Source: Prorocentrum cordatum (taxonomy: Eukaryota). Taken from it: a DNA stretch of 55,683 nucleotides. Of the stretch, positions 1 to 14,254 are shown one piece after another. The stretch is taken from contig CAUYUJ010000143.1 in assembly GCA_963575745.1 (NCBI GenBank), forward strand, positions 62,001 through 117,683, written 5' to 3'. Position numbers and translations under genes: made by a program. Position 1 is the first letter of the stretch. The number at the start of each line of letters is the position of its first letter. The notes beneath the pieces were generated by a model. It did no database searches and was not told where the DNA came from. It saw only the letters and a program-made list of their open reading frames with translations.

Positions 1-332
1 TTCTCCTCCCCCTCCTCCTCCCTACAAGTACTCAATATGAATACTACTCTCCCTCTTCCCCCGATGGCGGCCTGAAAGTATTAGACCCCCCCGCGTACTG
101 TTTTTTAACACACAGGATTCCCGGGAGTTGGGTTTTCGCCTGCGTTTTTTTCAAAATGCTGCTCTCGCAGAGGCGCCGGCCTCATTTCTGCTCCCGAATC
201 GTTCCGAATCGTGCTCCTGCTGCAGCGTGGGCATTTTCGGATCGGTGTTTGGCCTCCGTCGTTCAGGATGGCGTTCTCGCCCCAGCGCGGGCCTCTTTCT
301 CGCGCGCCCATCCGCCCGCCACCACCGCGCCG

Positions 333-474
333 CACCACCACCACCACCACCACCACCACCACCACCACCACCACCACCACCACCACCACCACCACCACCA
401 CCACCACCACCACCACCACCACCACCACCACCACCACCACCACCACCACCACCACCACCACCACCACGCACACA

Positions 475-509
<35 letters not shown>

Positions 510-784
510 GCACCACCACCCACTACGCACGCGCGCGCGGAGCCACAGGTCCGCTACGACACGCGTCCGCGGATAGAGAAAATCAGCGCCATGGTAAGGG
601 ATGGGAGGGAGGGGTAGGACGTCAGACATGACGCGAGCGCACCTAGCTTGTCCCCCAACCCCCCCCCTCCCCCTCCCCCCTCCCCCTCCTCCTCCTCCTC
701 CTCCCTCCCCCTCCCCCTCCCCCTCCCCTCCCCCCCTCCCCCTCCCCCTCCCCCTCCTCCTCCTCCTCCTCCTCCTCCTCCTCC

Positions 785-810
<26 letters not shown>
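333..810. repeat. Microsatellites (CAC)n, (GCAC)n and (CCT)n; representative of the many (GGA/CCT)n, (GAC)n and (CAT)n tracts across the window
   Basis: Direct reading. Confidence 0.98.
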
Positions 811-819
<9 letters not shown>

Positions 820-977
820 GCCATTCTCCCCCACGTGTTCTCCGAAGGGTTTCCACAACGGCTGGGGGGGACACACGGTCCGTTAGCTTGGCAGAGCTCT
901 GGCCACAACGCTCGGCCACATGGGCGATGCCAAAAAGGCTTGGGGCGGCAGTGATTCGCCGTAGGCGTCTTCGATAG

Positions 978-1820
978 TTTTCGGGTCAGAGCTCGGGTCT
1001 CTGGCGGCCGTTCGGGACGATCGGGGCGCCCCTGGAACGCGCTCGGCGAGGCGCCGCCGCTGGAAGGCATGCCGAGGCTGGAGAGCCGCCGCCGAGAACC
1101 GACGAGAGCGCCCGAAAAACTAGAAACTTCGAACTCCCAGCGCTGCCGGGAAGCAGGCCTTCTCGGGAGGCGGCGCGGCTTCTCAGAAGTCCTCGCGCCT
1201 TCTGAGAAGCCGCCCGCGGCCTTGGAGAAGGCTCTGGAAACTGCAGGAAGCTGCTCGGAAGGCGCGAGGGCTTCTGAGAAGCCCCGCCACCCGCTGGCAA
1301 GGCCCTCCCCCTCTCGGCTACACCCCCCTGGGCTCGCCGCCGACGCAGCGTGTGGTGACAGACCGTGCGGCGCGCTCTGAAACCCAACGAGACCTCACCA
1401 CGCGGTCTGTCACCGCACGGCCCTGGGACCTCCGAGGCCCCCGTCGCCCGAGACACATCCTCGGAGGGAGCGAACTGAGTCCCAGAAAACGCGCGGCCAC
1501 GCGGAACCCCCACTGATTCACCACACGGTGCGGCCACCACACCGCTATAGGGCCCCTTGGAGAAGAGAAGGGAGCAGGCAAAGGGAGCAGGCCCGATCGG
1601 GCTGGACGAGGGGTCAACGACTCAGCTCACCCAGCCGCTTTTCCCGGCGCCTCCCGGCATCTGTGGCGCCCGATGTATCGGAGCTGACTGCATGCGGCAG
1701 CTTCCGTATCCCCCCCTTCCCCATCCCCTCACTTTCGTCCGACCCGGCCCCAAGAAGTCGCCCCCGGGAGAAAAACGCCCAGACAATCGCCTTGCCAGAC
1801 ACTCGCCTTGCCTTGCGAAC

Positions 1821-1916
<96 letters not shown>

Positions 1917-2270
1917 GCGACGGGGCGAGTGTGGCGCGAGCCTTGCCGTCGCCGTAGGCGAGCGTGACGCGCACGTACTTGCCGGCGCCTCTCTGCAACA
2001 TCTTGCCCGGCCCCGCAGTCGTCGTGGGGCTGCCAGAGCCGCGGTCGCCCTTGACCTCAGGGAGGGGGGGGGGCGACAGAGGGAACTGGCTCGGGGAGAC
2101 AACGACCTGGAATCGGCTCAGGATGAATCGGCTCGAGGTTCGAGGTCCAAGGTTTTCGGGCGCTTCGTTGGCTCGTGCCCACCAGCGGCTGCGCCTCACC
2201 GAGAGCGTTCCAGGGGGGGGCCGGATCGTCCCGAATGGCCGCCGGAAGCCCCAGCAATGACCCGAAAACC
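978..2270. repeat. Pair of diverged ~150-bp inverted repeats (978-1135 and 2130-2270)
   Basis: GGCGGCCGTTCGGGACGATCGGGGCGCCCCTGGAACGCGCTCGGCGAGGCGCCGCCGCTGG versus the reverse complement of 2181-2245. Confidence 0.75.
1942..2055 (-). CDS. Candidate exon of an unidentified host gene (VKGDRGSGSPTTTAGPGKMLQRGAGKYVRVTLAYGDGK)
   Basis: 114 nt. C-rich tract followed by a GAG|G acceptor and an AAG|GC donor, typical of dinoflagellate exons. Unique sequence between repeats. Confidence 0.5.
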
Positions 2271-2689
2271 ACAAGGGGACTGGCTCATTTTGGGGGGGGG
2301 AGACATCAACATGTTCTCGGCGGTGCCTCGCCAGTGGAACGGCGACGGGCCCCCCGACGGCAAAAAAAGACACGCCCATGGGCGGAACAGGGGGGAACCC
2401 AGGCCCCGATCGGCGATGGATGGTCGAGTGCGGGCCGATGCTTCACCCGCAAGCCCGTGGGCCTCCTCCTCCGCCTCCTCCTCCTCCTCCTCCTCCTCCT
2501 CCTCCTCCTCCTCCTAATTGCCCCCAACGTCATCACTTCGCCACAGAACACAACCTGCTCGACCCATTCCCTGGGACTGGCTTGTGATCCTGAGTCGCCT
2601 TCTGCTGGTCCTGGGGCCCGGCGAGGGCGTCGAGGGTCCGAAAGCTGCGAGAGAACCTTCCGGCGTGATTTCCATCGCTCCAGGGGGTC

Positions 2690-2880
2690 TTGGCCCGTGT
2701 TCCTGATGGCCTCGAGCTGCCCGCGGGAGTTCACCAGGAGCTCGGAGGAACGGCCCCTGTCGGGCCAGGACGCCACCTCCATCAGCGTGCACGGCAGCTT
2801 CAGCTCGTGCAGGCAGACGTCTATGGCAATTGAATAGCTGGTCAGGTATCTGTCCCGCCCGACCTTGAACGGGCCCTCCT
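2690..2880 (-). CDS. Candidate exon(s) (EGPFKVGRDRYLTSYSIAIDVCLHELKLPCTLMEVASWPDRGRSSELLVNSRGQLEAIRN)
   Basis: Protein-like translation with GC3-rich codons after a (CCT)n tract; boundaries approximate. Confidence 0.5.
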
Positions 2881-2959
2881 CGTAGGAGGAGGAGCAGGAG
2901 GAGGAAGAGGAGTAGGAGGAGGAAGAGGAGGAGGAGGAGGAGGGAGGTTTCCCCAGGCC

Positions 2960-4246
2960 CCCGCGGGAAATTAAACTATTCACTGCGTGGGTCCCCCATG
3001 TGTGCATCTCATACTCTTGTCGCTTCTCGCTGAAGATATCTGTCTGTGAGCATCAGGGAGTGAGAGCGAGTCGGCGTGGACGACGGGCGCGACAATGACG
3101 ACGGCGACAGCGACGGCTTCAGTGAAGTCCTCCTTCCCTGGGCGTCTTTCAGGAAGGATGAGGGAAACACAAGTGTAAGAACAAAGGGGTAGTGGACCAC
3201 TAAAAGGGAGAAGACTGAGTGAATATGAGCATGAGTGATCTGAGTGTGAACGAACCCGAAAGTGAATGAACCCGATATGGCTGGATGAAAGTGTCAGTCA
3301 CTGGGTCTAGGTATGCACAAGTGGATCTAAGAATACGAAATTGTACATATGAACGAACCTGAGTGAGAGTGAGTCTGAATGTGGGTACGTCTGGGTGTGA
3401 GCGAGTACGAGTATGAGTATGATAACTACGGGTCTGAATCGGATTTGGTCTGAGTGCAAGTAACGTGACTACGACCGAATCTGAGGGCGGGTGGGTCTGA
3501 GTGTGAGTGTTTCGGAATCCGAGTAAGTATGATGAACATGAAACTGAAGTTGAATGGGTCTGAGTACGAGTGAATCTGACTACGGGTGAGTCTGAGGGTG
3601 GGTGGGTCGAAGTGTGCGTGAGCCTGCGTGTGCGTAAGTTTGGGTGTGAGCGACTCTGAGTAGGAGTATGATGAGTACGAGTCTGAGTATGAGCGAGTCT
3701 GAGCACGAGTGAATTTGAGCATAAGGGGGTCTGGGACATCCTCGCAATCTCGGCCCCCTGGGGTGGGAAAGTCAGCACCTCGCCCGAAACATCGTCAGAT
3801 TCTGCTCTGAACGCAGACGAGCATGGCCAGCAACACATGCAAACCGCTCGAGACATCCTCGCAAACTGTGCCCCCCCCAAAAGGTGCGAAAACCAGCGCC
3901 TCGCCCGAGACATCCTCAAAATCTGCTGCGAAAGCGGAGGACGTTGAGGCCCACAACGGGCAAACCGCTGGAGACACCCCCGCAGTCCGGGCGCGGAAAA
4001 GGAATGAGAGATACTTCCTAGCGGCCCCCCCTTGGGGGCGAGAGCCAGGACGATACCAAGCACCAAGACGAGCAAACCGCTCGAGACATCCCCGCAAGCT
4101 GGGCGCGAGCAGAAGGGTGAAGTACCTCCTGCCGGCCATCCCTTGGGAGTGCGGGAGCTGCCGCCTCGCCCTGAGACATCCTCACAGTCTGCGCCGAAAT
4201 CAACATCACCATCATCATCATTCTCATTCTCACCACCATACAGCAC

Positions 4247-4313
<67 letters not shown>

Positions 4314-4315
4314 GG

Positions 4316-4364
<49 letters not shown>

Positions 4365-4420
4365 GTCATCATCGTCATCATCAATATTGCTGTCATCGTA
4401 AGCCACAACACCCTCCTGCC

Positions 4421-4479
<59 letters not shown>

Positions 4480-6474
4480 CCTTTCTCTTTACCATCATGG
4501 TCGTCAACATCACATGATAACCTGAATCGTGGCCCTGAGCGTAACTCTGGGTGGGGAATCGAAGGGGGGGACGAGTTGAGGAATGAGCCGGCGCGGCCGG
4601 AGAAATTAGTCACTGCATGGGTCCCACATATGTGCGTCTCATACGCATGTCGCTTCTCGCTGAAAAGCACTGTGCGTGAGCACCTGGGTCTGACAAGGAG
4701 TCGGCGTGGACGACCGGCGCGACAATGACGACGGCGACAGCGCCGAGTACAGTGACTTCAGTGGGCATTTTCCAGCAGAGATGCAGGAAACACAATTGAG
4801 AGAGCGAGGGGGTACTGGACCACCAAAGGGGAGAAGACTGAGTGAATCTGAGAACGAGAAGTCTGAATGTGAGTGCGTATGAAAGTAAATGAATCTGGGT
4901 ATGTTTGAATGTAAGTGTCAGTTAGCGGGTCTAGGTCTGAAAAAATCCGAATACGAGTTGGTCGGAGAACGCGTAAGTCTGAGTATGAGTGAGTCTGAGT
5001 GAACATGAGTCTGAGTGTGAGTAAGTCTGGGTGTGCCTGAGTATATAGCGCGTACGCGTCTGAGTCCGAATGGGTCTGAATACGACTGAGTCTGACTACG
5101 AGTGAATCGGCGGGTGGGCGGGTTTGAATGTGAGCAATTCTGAGTGTGAGTCAGTCAAGATGCCAGTGCGTCTGAGTATGAGTATGATGGAAATGGAACT
5201 GAGTCTGAGTGGGTCTGAGTACAAATGAACCTGACTACGAATGAATATGAGGATGGGTGGCTCGGGTGCTTGGGTATAAGTCTGAGTGAGTCTGAATGTG
5301 CTCAAGTCTGGGTGTGGGTGAGTCTGAGTACGAGTCTGATGAGTACGAGTCTGAGAGTGAGTGAGTCTGAGCACGAGTGAGTTTGAGTAAAAGTGAGACT
5401 GGGACATCCTCGCAATCTAGGCCCCCTTGGGTGCGAAAGTTAGCGCCTCGCCCGAGACATCCTCTGAATATAATCAGAAAGCGGACGAGTCTGACCAGCC
5501 AAGCAAGCAAACCGCTCGAGACTATATGCCCCCAAGGGTGCGAAAACCAGTTGCTCACCCGAGACAGCCTCAGAATCTGCTCCGAAAGCGGAAGATGTTG
5601 AGCACCAGAACAGGCAAACCGCGTGAGATATCCCCGCATTCTAAGCGCAAGCGGTGGATTGAGATACTCACTGGCGGCCATCCTTTGGGAGTGCTGAAAC
5701 CAGCGCCTCGCCCGAGACCTCCTCATAATCTGCTGGCACTATCACCATCACCATCATCACCATCATCATCAGCATCGTTATCGTCAGCATCATCATCATA
5801 CAGCACCGGCGTCATCATCATTGCTGTCATCATCAACAACAACACAATCCTGCCCATCATCCTCATAACGATCACCAGCTCCATCATCATCACCATCATC
5901 ATCATCATCAGCAGCAGCAGCATCACCATTATAGTCATCATCATGTAATCATAACCTAAATCGTGGCCCTGAGTGCGACTCTGGGTAATGAAGAGAAGAG
6001 GGACGAGGAGGTGAGGAAGGAACAGGCAGAAGAGTGAGATGCCCCCTGGCGGCCCCCCCGTGGCGGCGAAAACCAGCGCCTCGCCAGAGACTACCCCAAG
6101 ATCTGCTCCGAAACCGGGGGATGTTGAGCACCAAAAAAAGCAAACTGCTCGAGACATCCCCGCGATCTGGGCGCAAACGGAGTAGTGAGATACCTCCCCG
6201 CGGCCCGCCTTCAGGGGCGAAAACCAGCGCCTCGCTCGAGACCTCCTCTGAATCTGCCACCAAAACAAAAAAAAAAAACATAACAAAAAAAACGCTCGAG
6301 ACATCCCCGAAAGCTGGGCGCGAACGGAGGAGTGAGAGATCCCCTTGAGGCCATCCCTGGGGAATTCCGATTCCAGCGCCTCGCCCGAGACATCCTCCGA
6401 ATCTGCTCCGCCATCGTCATCAGCATCCTCCTCATCATCATCATCATCATCATCATCATCACCATCATCCATCC

Positions 6475-6542
<68 letters not shown>

Positions 6543-7963
6543 TTCATCACCATCATTCAGATCATCGTCAGTATCACCTCCATCACACCATCATCACCAC
6601 CATTATTATCATCGTGATACTCATCATCACTAGTGTTGTCTTCATCATGAACAACAGCAACCTGCTAAACAACATCAGCACCATCGTCATCCGTATCATC
6701 ACCATACTGATCATCATCGCCGTCATCGTATCATAACATAAGTAGTGGCCCTGAAAGTGACTCTGGGGGAGGAAGAAGGAGGAGGAGGGGGAAGAGGAGG
6801 AGGGAGGTGAGGAAAGGGTCGGCACGGTCGGAGTAATCATTCACTGCGTGCAGCTCCCAACCTGTGCGTCTCACACACCTGTCGCTTCTCGCTGAAAGAC
6901 TCTGAATGTGAGCATCTGAGTGCGAGGACGAATCGGCGTGGACGACGGGCGCGGCAACGACAACGGCGACAGTGACGACTCCAGTGACTTCAGTGAACAT
7001 CGTCCAGCAGAGATGAGGAAGCACAAGTGTAAGAGCGAGCGGGCAGTGGACCACCGAAGGGGAGAAAACTGAGAGAATGTAGAGCCTGAGGCTGAGTGAG
7101 CGTGAACATGAGCCTGGGAAGTCTGAGTGCGAGCGAGTACGAGTATGATATCAACGAGCACGAGTCTGAGTCTGCATGGGTCTGTACCGAGTGAGTCTGG
7201 CTACGAGTGACAATGAGGGCGGGTGGATCTGAGTGTGAGTGATTCTGCATGTGAGTAAGTCTGGATGCGGGTGCGTCAGAGTATGAGCATGATGAATTTG
7301 ACATTGAAGCTGAGTGGGTCTGAGTACAAGTGCGTCTGACTACGAGCGAGTCTGAGGGTGAGTGGGTCTAAGTGTGAGTGAGTCTCAGTGTGCGCAAATC
7401 TGGGTGTGAGTGAGTCTGAGTAGGAGTATGATGAGTACGAGTCTGAGTACGAGTGAGTCTGAGCACGAGTGAATTTGAGCAGGGGTGAGCCTGGGACATG
7501 CTCGCAATCTCGGCCCCTGGGGTGCGAAAGCCAGCGCCTCGCCCGAGACAGCCTCTGAATCTGCTCTGAAAGCAGACGAGTCTGACCATCCAAAAAAGCA
7601 AACCGCTCGAGATATCCTCGCACTATGTGCCCCCAGGGGTGCGAAAACCAGCGCCTCGCCCGAGACATCCTCAGAATCTGCTGCGGACGCGGCAGATGCT
7701 GATGCCCAAATCAGGCAAACCGCTCGAGGCATCCCCGCAATCTGGGCGCGAACGGAAGAGTGAGATAACCCCTGGCGGCCCCCCCTTGGTGGCGAAAACT
7801 GGCGCCTCGCCAGAGACTACCCGGAACCTGCTACCAAAACAAACAAGCCGCTCGACACATCCCCGCAATCTGAACGCGAACGGGGGAGTGAGATATCCCC
7901 AGGCGGCCCTCGATTGGGTGTGCTGCTGAAGCCAGAACCTCGCCCGAGACATTCTCAGAATCT

Positions 7964-8038
<75 letters not shown>

Positions 8039-8165
8039 GCATCAGCATCAGCATCAGCATCAGCATCAGCATCATCAGCAGCAGCATCATCAGAAGCAGC
8101 ATCGTCATGATCATCATCAGCATCATCATCGTCATCATGATTATAATCATCAGCATCAGCATCAG

Positions 8166-8217
<52 letters not shown>

Positions 8218-8468
8218 TTCCTCATCATCACTATCCTCGTCACCATCAACATCATCACCATCACCATCACCATTACCGTCATAGGCATCATCGTCATCAG
8301 CATCACCATTATCGTCTTCATCATCATCATCAGCAGCAGCAGCATCTTCATCACTACTGTTGTAATAATCGGCAACAACATGATCCTGTACATCATTCGA
8401 ATCATCATCATCATCATCAACATCAGCATCACCATAATCAGCATTGTCATCATCATCATCCATGCCAC

Positions 8469-8518
<50 letters not shown>

Positions 8519-8740
8519 GCATCATCCGCATCATCAGCATCATCATCATCATAACCATCACCACCGTCATAGCATAATCTAAGTAGTGCCCCCGAGTGTG
8601 GCTTTGGGTGAGGAAGAAGATGAGGAGAATGAAGAAGAGGAGGAGAAGGAGAAGGAGAAGGAGAAGGAGGAGGAGGAGGAGGAGGAGGAGGAGGAGGAGG
8701 GAGGTGAGGAAGGAGTCGACGCGGTCGGAGTAATTCGCAG
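2960..8740. repeat. Three diverged tandem copies (~1.6, 2.2 and 1.9 kb) of a compound unit: unique head, (GAGTCT/GAGTGA)-rich tract, GCGCCTCGCCCGAGACATCCTC repeats and (CAT)n
   Basis: Head motif TCACTGC.TG...CGCTTCTCGCTGAA...TCGGCGTGGACGAC recurs at ~2980, ~4610 and ~6840, each followed by the same order of sub-repeats. Confidence 0.85.
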
Positions 8741-10746
8741 GCCCAACGGGCCAAAGGCGTGCTAAGATCTCCGGTAACTACTTAACAATACTTCTAGTTC
8801 GCGCGCGCGGGGCGGCCCCTGGGGGGCCCAGGGCGAAAAGTACCCCGGCCGATCCCTGGCTGGGTCCCGGGCGATCCCCAGGGGGGAGGCTATTTTTCGC
8901 CACCCCTCACGAGGATCGTGGCCTCCGAGGGGGGGCTGCAATCGACTACCCCCCCTCCCGCCCCAAAGGGCCCCCAAGAGCCCCCCAAGAGGCCCCAGGG
9001 GAGCCCAATACGCCGCAAGGGAGCCCCAAGACGCTCCCAAGAAGCCCCCAAGAAGCCCCCAAGACGACCCCAAGAGGCCCCAAATGGCGCTCCAGGGCCG
9101 GCGGAATGAGCGAAGCGATTCAATAAGGGGACTCCCATCCTCTATATGCGGGGAGTCACAGAATTCCCATCCTCTGGATATAGGGGGCATAACAGAAAGC
9201 CCACCCTCAGGACATGGGGGGAAGGCAGCACAAGAGAGAACTTGGGCAACCTTCGGCCTCTGGGGGCCCACGCTGAGCCCCCGGGGACCGTCAAAACAAC
9301 GACTCGGACTGAGAAGCCGGTCCCGGGAAAGTGGTCGAGACCTCCGGGGGCCGAGGAGGAGGAGGAGGAGGAGGAGGAGGAGGAGGAGGAGGATGGAGGC
9401 AGTCGGGCCGGGCGCAAGGGGGGGATAGCAAAGGGGGGCTGTCTGAGAATCGGCTCGCGTGGCTGATATTTCTTCCCGGCGCCTCGCGTGTCGAGGGAGG
9501 GGCTCGGCGGCGGGGCCGAAGCCAGCAGCACGCCGCAGATTTCGTACCCCCCCCCCCCCTCCCTATCCCCCCTTGCGTTCGGCCCGAGGCAAGAGCGGCG
9601 CGCGCAACGATGGAAGGGCACCTGCCGTTCTGAGCCCCGAGGCGGGACAGGCTGGCGCATGACACTTTGGCCACCTGCTCAAGCGAACCCACGACGGGGA
9701 GCAAAGAGAGAGGGAAGGGAGGAGGAGAAGGAGAAGGAAGGAGGGAAGTTTCTGGAGATCCCCAGATGTCCCCAGAGGCCCACAGAGGCCCAAAACGCCC
9801 GACCGTAGTCTCGATCTCGGGAAAGACTCCTCCGTCCCCAGACCCCAGACGTCGCAAATGAAAGCGTCGATCACCCAGAGGTCCAGACTCATTCCCAGGG
9901 GCCGACCTTTATGAACCTGACTCATTCTTTACTGGCCCCGAAGTCCGGTGAAGCCGCCAGAAGCCGAAGACGGCCCAAAAAACGACCGTCGCGATCGAGA
10001 GTCTGTCCTCGACCACTCTGCGGATGCGTTTTGGCCAGAACCCCCTATGGAAACGCAACTGTGGCGACAAGGAGATTACCGGAGGCAACCATAGAAAACT
10101 GCCCAAAAAACCCTAGATCCGCGAATGGCGATCCTCGAACCACGGGACCCATGACGCCTCCTTCTCCCGCAAAGGTCTCGATCTCGAGCTCTTCAAGCTT
10201 GGCGTCTTCAAGATCGGAGGCCTCTGAAAAGATCCGGAGAATTCCAGAAACCCAGACGCCCTCACTCAAGCATCGACCGTAAGATCCGAAATCGAGAAAA
10301 TATGGAACATCGTGGAAATCACAAATGGATCCGTGGACCCCAGCTTTCTTTTGCATTCTCCCGAGCAGGATCGATCCGTGAAGGCACCAGGGCCCGAATC
10401 CGGGCGAAAACGCCTGGTGCGAAAAAACTGCGACTCCCGGGTAGTAGGGTATCTCGTGCGAGGCGGGAAATCATCCATACCTACCGCCTGGGAACCGTCG
10501 TCCTGGTGCCCCAGCGGGCGGTGCATGTGGATGTAGGTTGGCCCGAATATATCCATGTCCAACGCCTGCCGAGGTCCCCGAAAATTGATCCTCCAGGCGG
10601 TGGTCATCTATAAGTTCCCGCCTCGGATCTCGAAGCCCCGGGGCACCTCCTTCTCCCGCAGCGCCCTCGACTTCGAGCTCTTCATGCTGCCGCTCCTCAG
10701 TATCTCGTTCCTGGAGGCCGCCCGGATCGGGCCCGAGCAGATGCGG

Positions 10747-10870
10747 TCCGAGGATCGCGCCGCATCGCCGATGTATCGACGATGCACTGAGGAGGTCCGG
10801 ATGGACAAAGGTCGGGCTCTGTATCGGTCGGCATCGCCGATGAGACGCCGATGCGGCGGGATCCTCCGAC
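10747..10870. repeat. ~125-bp hairpin with ~40-bp imperfect arms; the arm motif recurs at ~35341
   Basis: GTCCGAGGATCGCGCCGCATCGCCGATG... versus ...CGCCGATGCGGCGGGATCCTCCGAC. Confidence 0.65.
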
Positions 10871-11529
10871 AACACCCCGGCCATCCCAAGGGGGGTCACC
10901 ACTACATAGGGGGCCATCACCTCCTCGAGGAAACGAAACCCCTTTGACCCCCCAGGACTCCAAAGAGGTCCCAAATCACGGAAAATCTCATCCGTTCTCG
11001 ATCCTCCCTCCTCTTCGATCCTCGATTTCTAATGGAGGCGGTGATCCCGTTAGTGGTGACCCCCTTGGCACTGCCTGATCCCATTTGGAAGGCCTGGGGT
11101 TCCGCGACGGAGTCGACGGGGACCTCCGCACTGGGCGCAGGGGCGAGGCCGGCTCCTCCCGCGGGTGCCGACGACGACGACGTCCACGACGCCCACGACG
11201 CCGACGACGACGCCCACGACGGCGATCACAACGACTACGACGCCCGCGACGACGACGACGCCCAAAATGCCCACGACGACGGCGACAACGAAGGCGACGA
11301 ACACGGCGACGACACCCAGGACGACGGCGCCCACGACCACGACGACGCTGACGACCCCGAAGATCCGCTCACAACAAATAATCGGGCGCATCCTGGGGTC
11401 CATAACCTGGCCAGCTCCTGCCCTGGGCAGATTTGTGTTTGACGGACGTGAGGGCCGAACGGTGCCCCAGAGGCGGAGATGTCACCAAACATCCGGGAAT
11501 AGCTGAGTGCTAACGGATCTCCCTATGAG

Positions 11530-11990
11530 GCGCGATCCGCGTGAGGGGCTCGCAGGAATGGGCGCGGTGGCGGCGGGCGATGCCCTCCGCTGGGGCCACT
11601 GGTGCACCTCCCTGTGGACCGCGATCCACGTGAGGAGGTCGCAGAAATTGTTGCAGCGGCGACATGCGATTTCCCCAGCTGGGGCAATAGGCAAGGCCAT
11701 TTCCCACCAAACGCATCGCCTCGTGAAAAACGCTGGCTTCCCAACTGATCGGTGGAGCTCCATGTGTGCTACGATCCGCGTGATTGGTGGGCCGACACGG
11801 GCACGGTGGCGCCGAACAAGCTCCTCCACTGGGGCCATGGGCGGATCCCCCCGTGGGCCACGATCCGCGTGAGAAGTACGCAGAAATCAGCGCGGTGGCG
11901 CCGTGTGAGTTCCTCCGCTGGAGCGTTGGGCCATAAGGCGGAGATGGGTCACGATCCGCGTGAGGAATGTGCCGACGCTGGCATGTGGAC
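11530..11990. repeat. Diverged ~90-bp tandem repeat
   Basis: CGATCCGCGTGA recurs at ~11533, 11622, 11772, 11861 and 11952, with CTGGGGCCA sub-motifs. Confidence 0.75.
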
Positions 11991-12137
11991 CAGAAGCAGA
12001 GGCAAGGAGGAGGAGGAGGAGGAAGAAGAGGAGGAGGCGGGGGAGAAGGAAGCGGGAGGAGGGAAGGATGAAGCGTGCGCAAGAAGACGCGAGGGTTATG
12101 ACAAATCAGTCCTTCGGATGTCTGGGAACGCTGTAGC

Positions 12138-12180
<43 letters not shown>

Positions 12181-12510
12181 ACCGACGACGACGACGACGA
12201 CGACGACGACCATCCCTGGGGCCTTTCCTGGGATGTCTGGCCAGACGTCCGCAGGGAAATCTAGCCGTGGCGACGAGAGTGCTCCAGGAGGCCCAGGCAT
12301 GCAAACAACAAAAGCACACTCCCAACAAAAACAGCCGCCAGAACCTCGACACCCTCGGCCCTCTGCCAGCCGCCGACGAGGGTGCCGACAAGGACGACGT
12401 CCACGGGGACGTCCATAACCACGACCACAACGGCGACGGCGGCGGCGACGACGAGAACACCCAAGACCACGACAACGCCCACGACGACGACGCCCACGGC
12501 GACGACGCCC

Positions 12511-12590
<80 letters not shown>

Positions 12591-13982
12591 ATGGACGCCC
12601 ACTACGACGCCAGCGCCGACGAGCGGCTCCTCCTGCCCGGCGTCGCCCGCTCCTCCTCTGGGCGCTCCGCGACGGCTGGCGAGGAGGGCCTCTCGGGGGC
12701 CGTGCAGGCCGCGGGGCTCAGGCGAGGCTCGTCCCCTAACCCTCCACCCCTTCGCCATGGGGGCAACGGGCCCCCAGGAAGACAGGTCCTGAGGTTTCCC
12801 TCCGTTCTCGGGGGCCCGGGGCCCGCCACGGGCCGTGGGGCCGTCGGAGAACACCTCGGGAGGACGAGCTCGTGCTGGACTGGAGGAGGGCCCCGTGGTC
12901 CTTGGCCCGTTGCCCTCGGGGCCCGCTCCCCCCCCCCCCAGCTCAGCCCCTGCGCGCCCTCGGGGCAGAGCTGGCGCAGAGAAACGGGCACCAGGTCGTG
13001 ATCCGACCAGGCAGTGCGTTCTGTGGAGTGCGTGCCCGCTGCGCTCCGCAGCGCTGGCAGAGCCTCTGCGGGGGCGGGTGCAGGGGCCGCCGGGCCACGG
13101 CACAGGGCAGCTTGAAGCGCGACGGGCCAGCACCCGACCACGGGAATGTTTGTGGGGTGAAGGCCCCTGGGTCACGACAGACAACGGCCCCAGAAATCGA
13201 AATACGAGAGAAACGCCGCAGTGAAAAAACACCACTATCTGCCAGATGTCTGGGTTCGCAACCAGCTCCGCAATTGAGGCCAAAGCCGAGGGGGGCATCC
13301 CGAGCAGGATCACCACCTATTCCTGGAGGTCGCGCATCGACGAGGGAAGATCGATGATCGAGGAGGCTTTGAACGTGCTTGGGTTCCCTTGGAAGCCCTG
13401 GCGGGGTCCTGGGAGGTCAGGGGGGACGCGTTTCCTGAAAGAGGTGGCAACCGCCTCGGCGGCGAGCGTGGGGGGGAGATAAGAAGGAGAAAACTTTCTC
13501 AGAACGCGGCGGGACTTGGAAGAAACCCTCGCGCCTTCTGGTAAGTCTTCTGAGTCTTCGGGGAAATCGTAACTATACTTCCCATACAGCCAAGAGGACT
13601 TCCCAGCCTTCTGAACCCCCCAATATCACTTTCCCCCGAACTCGCCGCCGACAGCCGACATGCCACTGAAGGTGTAACCACCTCCTCCTGGAAACGCGCC
13701 CCCCTGTCGGGCGTTGGCAGAGCTGGGTTTAGTGACACCTGGTTTGGTGATCTGTACCGGGAGCGCCCCCCCGTCCCATTTCCACTAACCGGAACTGCCG
13801 TCACCCGAAAAAACACCAGCTATGGCAAACCTGGTTTAGTGATTCTGGCCAATTCAAAGGCTCCGGGGCCCTACCACTAACCGGGTCCCCTTACCTGGGG
13901 TCCTGCATACCCGACCCTGGGCATTGCCCCGTACCCGGTTGCCCAACCGCTCCGAAACTCCGGGGTCTCTGCCACCCGGAGC

Positions 13983-14074
13983 CTGCGCCCGCAGGTTGAG
14001 CGCCTCCGGGTCCTCGCCGGGCGACACCGTGCCGGTCTCGTCGCCGTTCACGGAATAGACCATGGGAGCAGGAA
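13983..14074 (-). CDS. 3' part of a candidate exon (…PAPMVYSVNGDETGTVSPGEDPEALNLRAQ); the 5' part lies at 17546-17582
   Basis: CAG|GC donor at 13983. The frame stays open when the two TSD-bounded insertions are removed. Confidence 0.45.
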
Positions 14075-14082
14075 GAGTAGGA

Positions 14083-14248
14083 TTAAGTCGGGCGTGTCCC
14101 CCTACAGGGGGATTTTGGGCGAAAAATAAATACCCCAAAATGGTCAAAAAAAATCAAAAAATAGTCCCCTGACTATTTTTGGACTATTTGAAGGGTATTT
14201 TTAATTTCTCGTCGAAGATACCCCTGTAGGGGGACACGCCCGAGTTAA
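14083..14248. mobile_element. 166-bp MITE with 28-bp TIRs and 8-bp TSD
   Basis: TIRs TTAAGTCGGGCGTGTCCCCCTACAGGGG and CCCCTGTAGGGGGACACGCCCGAGTTAA (1 mismatch). TSD GAGTAGGA at 14075-14082 and 14249-14256. AT-rich interior. Confidence 0.9.
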
Positions 14249-14254
14249 GAGTAG

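Noticed and set aside
549..593. Plus-strand micro-exon CAG|GTCCGC…ATG|GTAAG
   Set aside because: It is plausible but only 45 nt, isolated, and opposite to the other candidate exons. It cannot be supported without transcripts.
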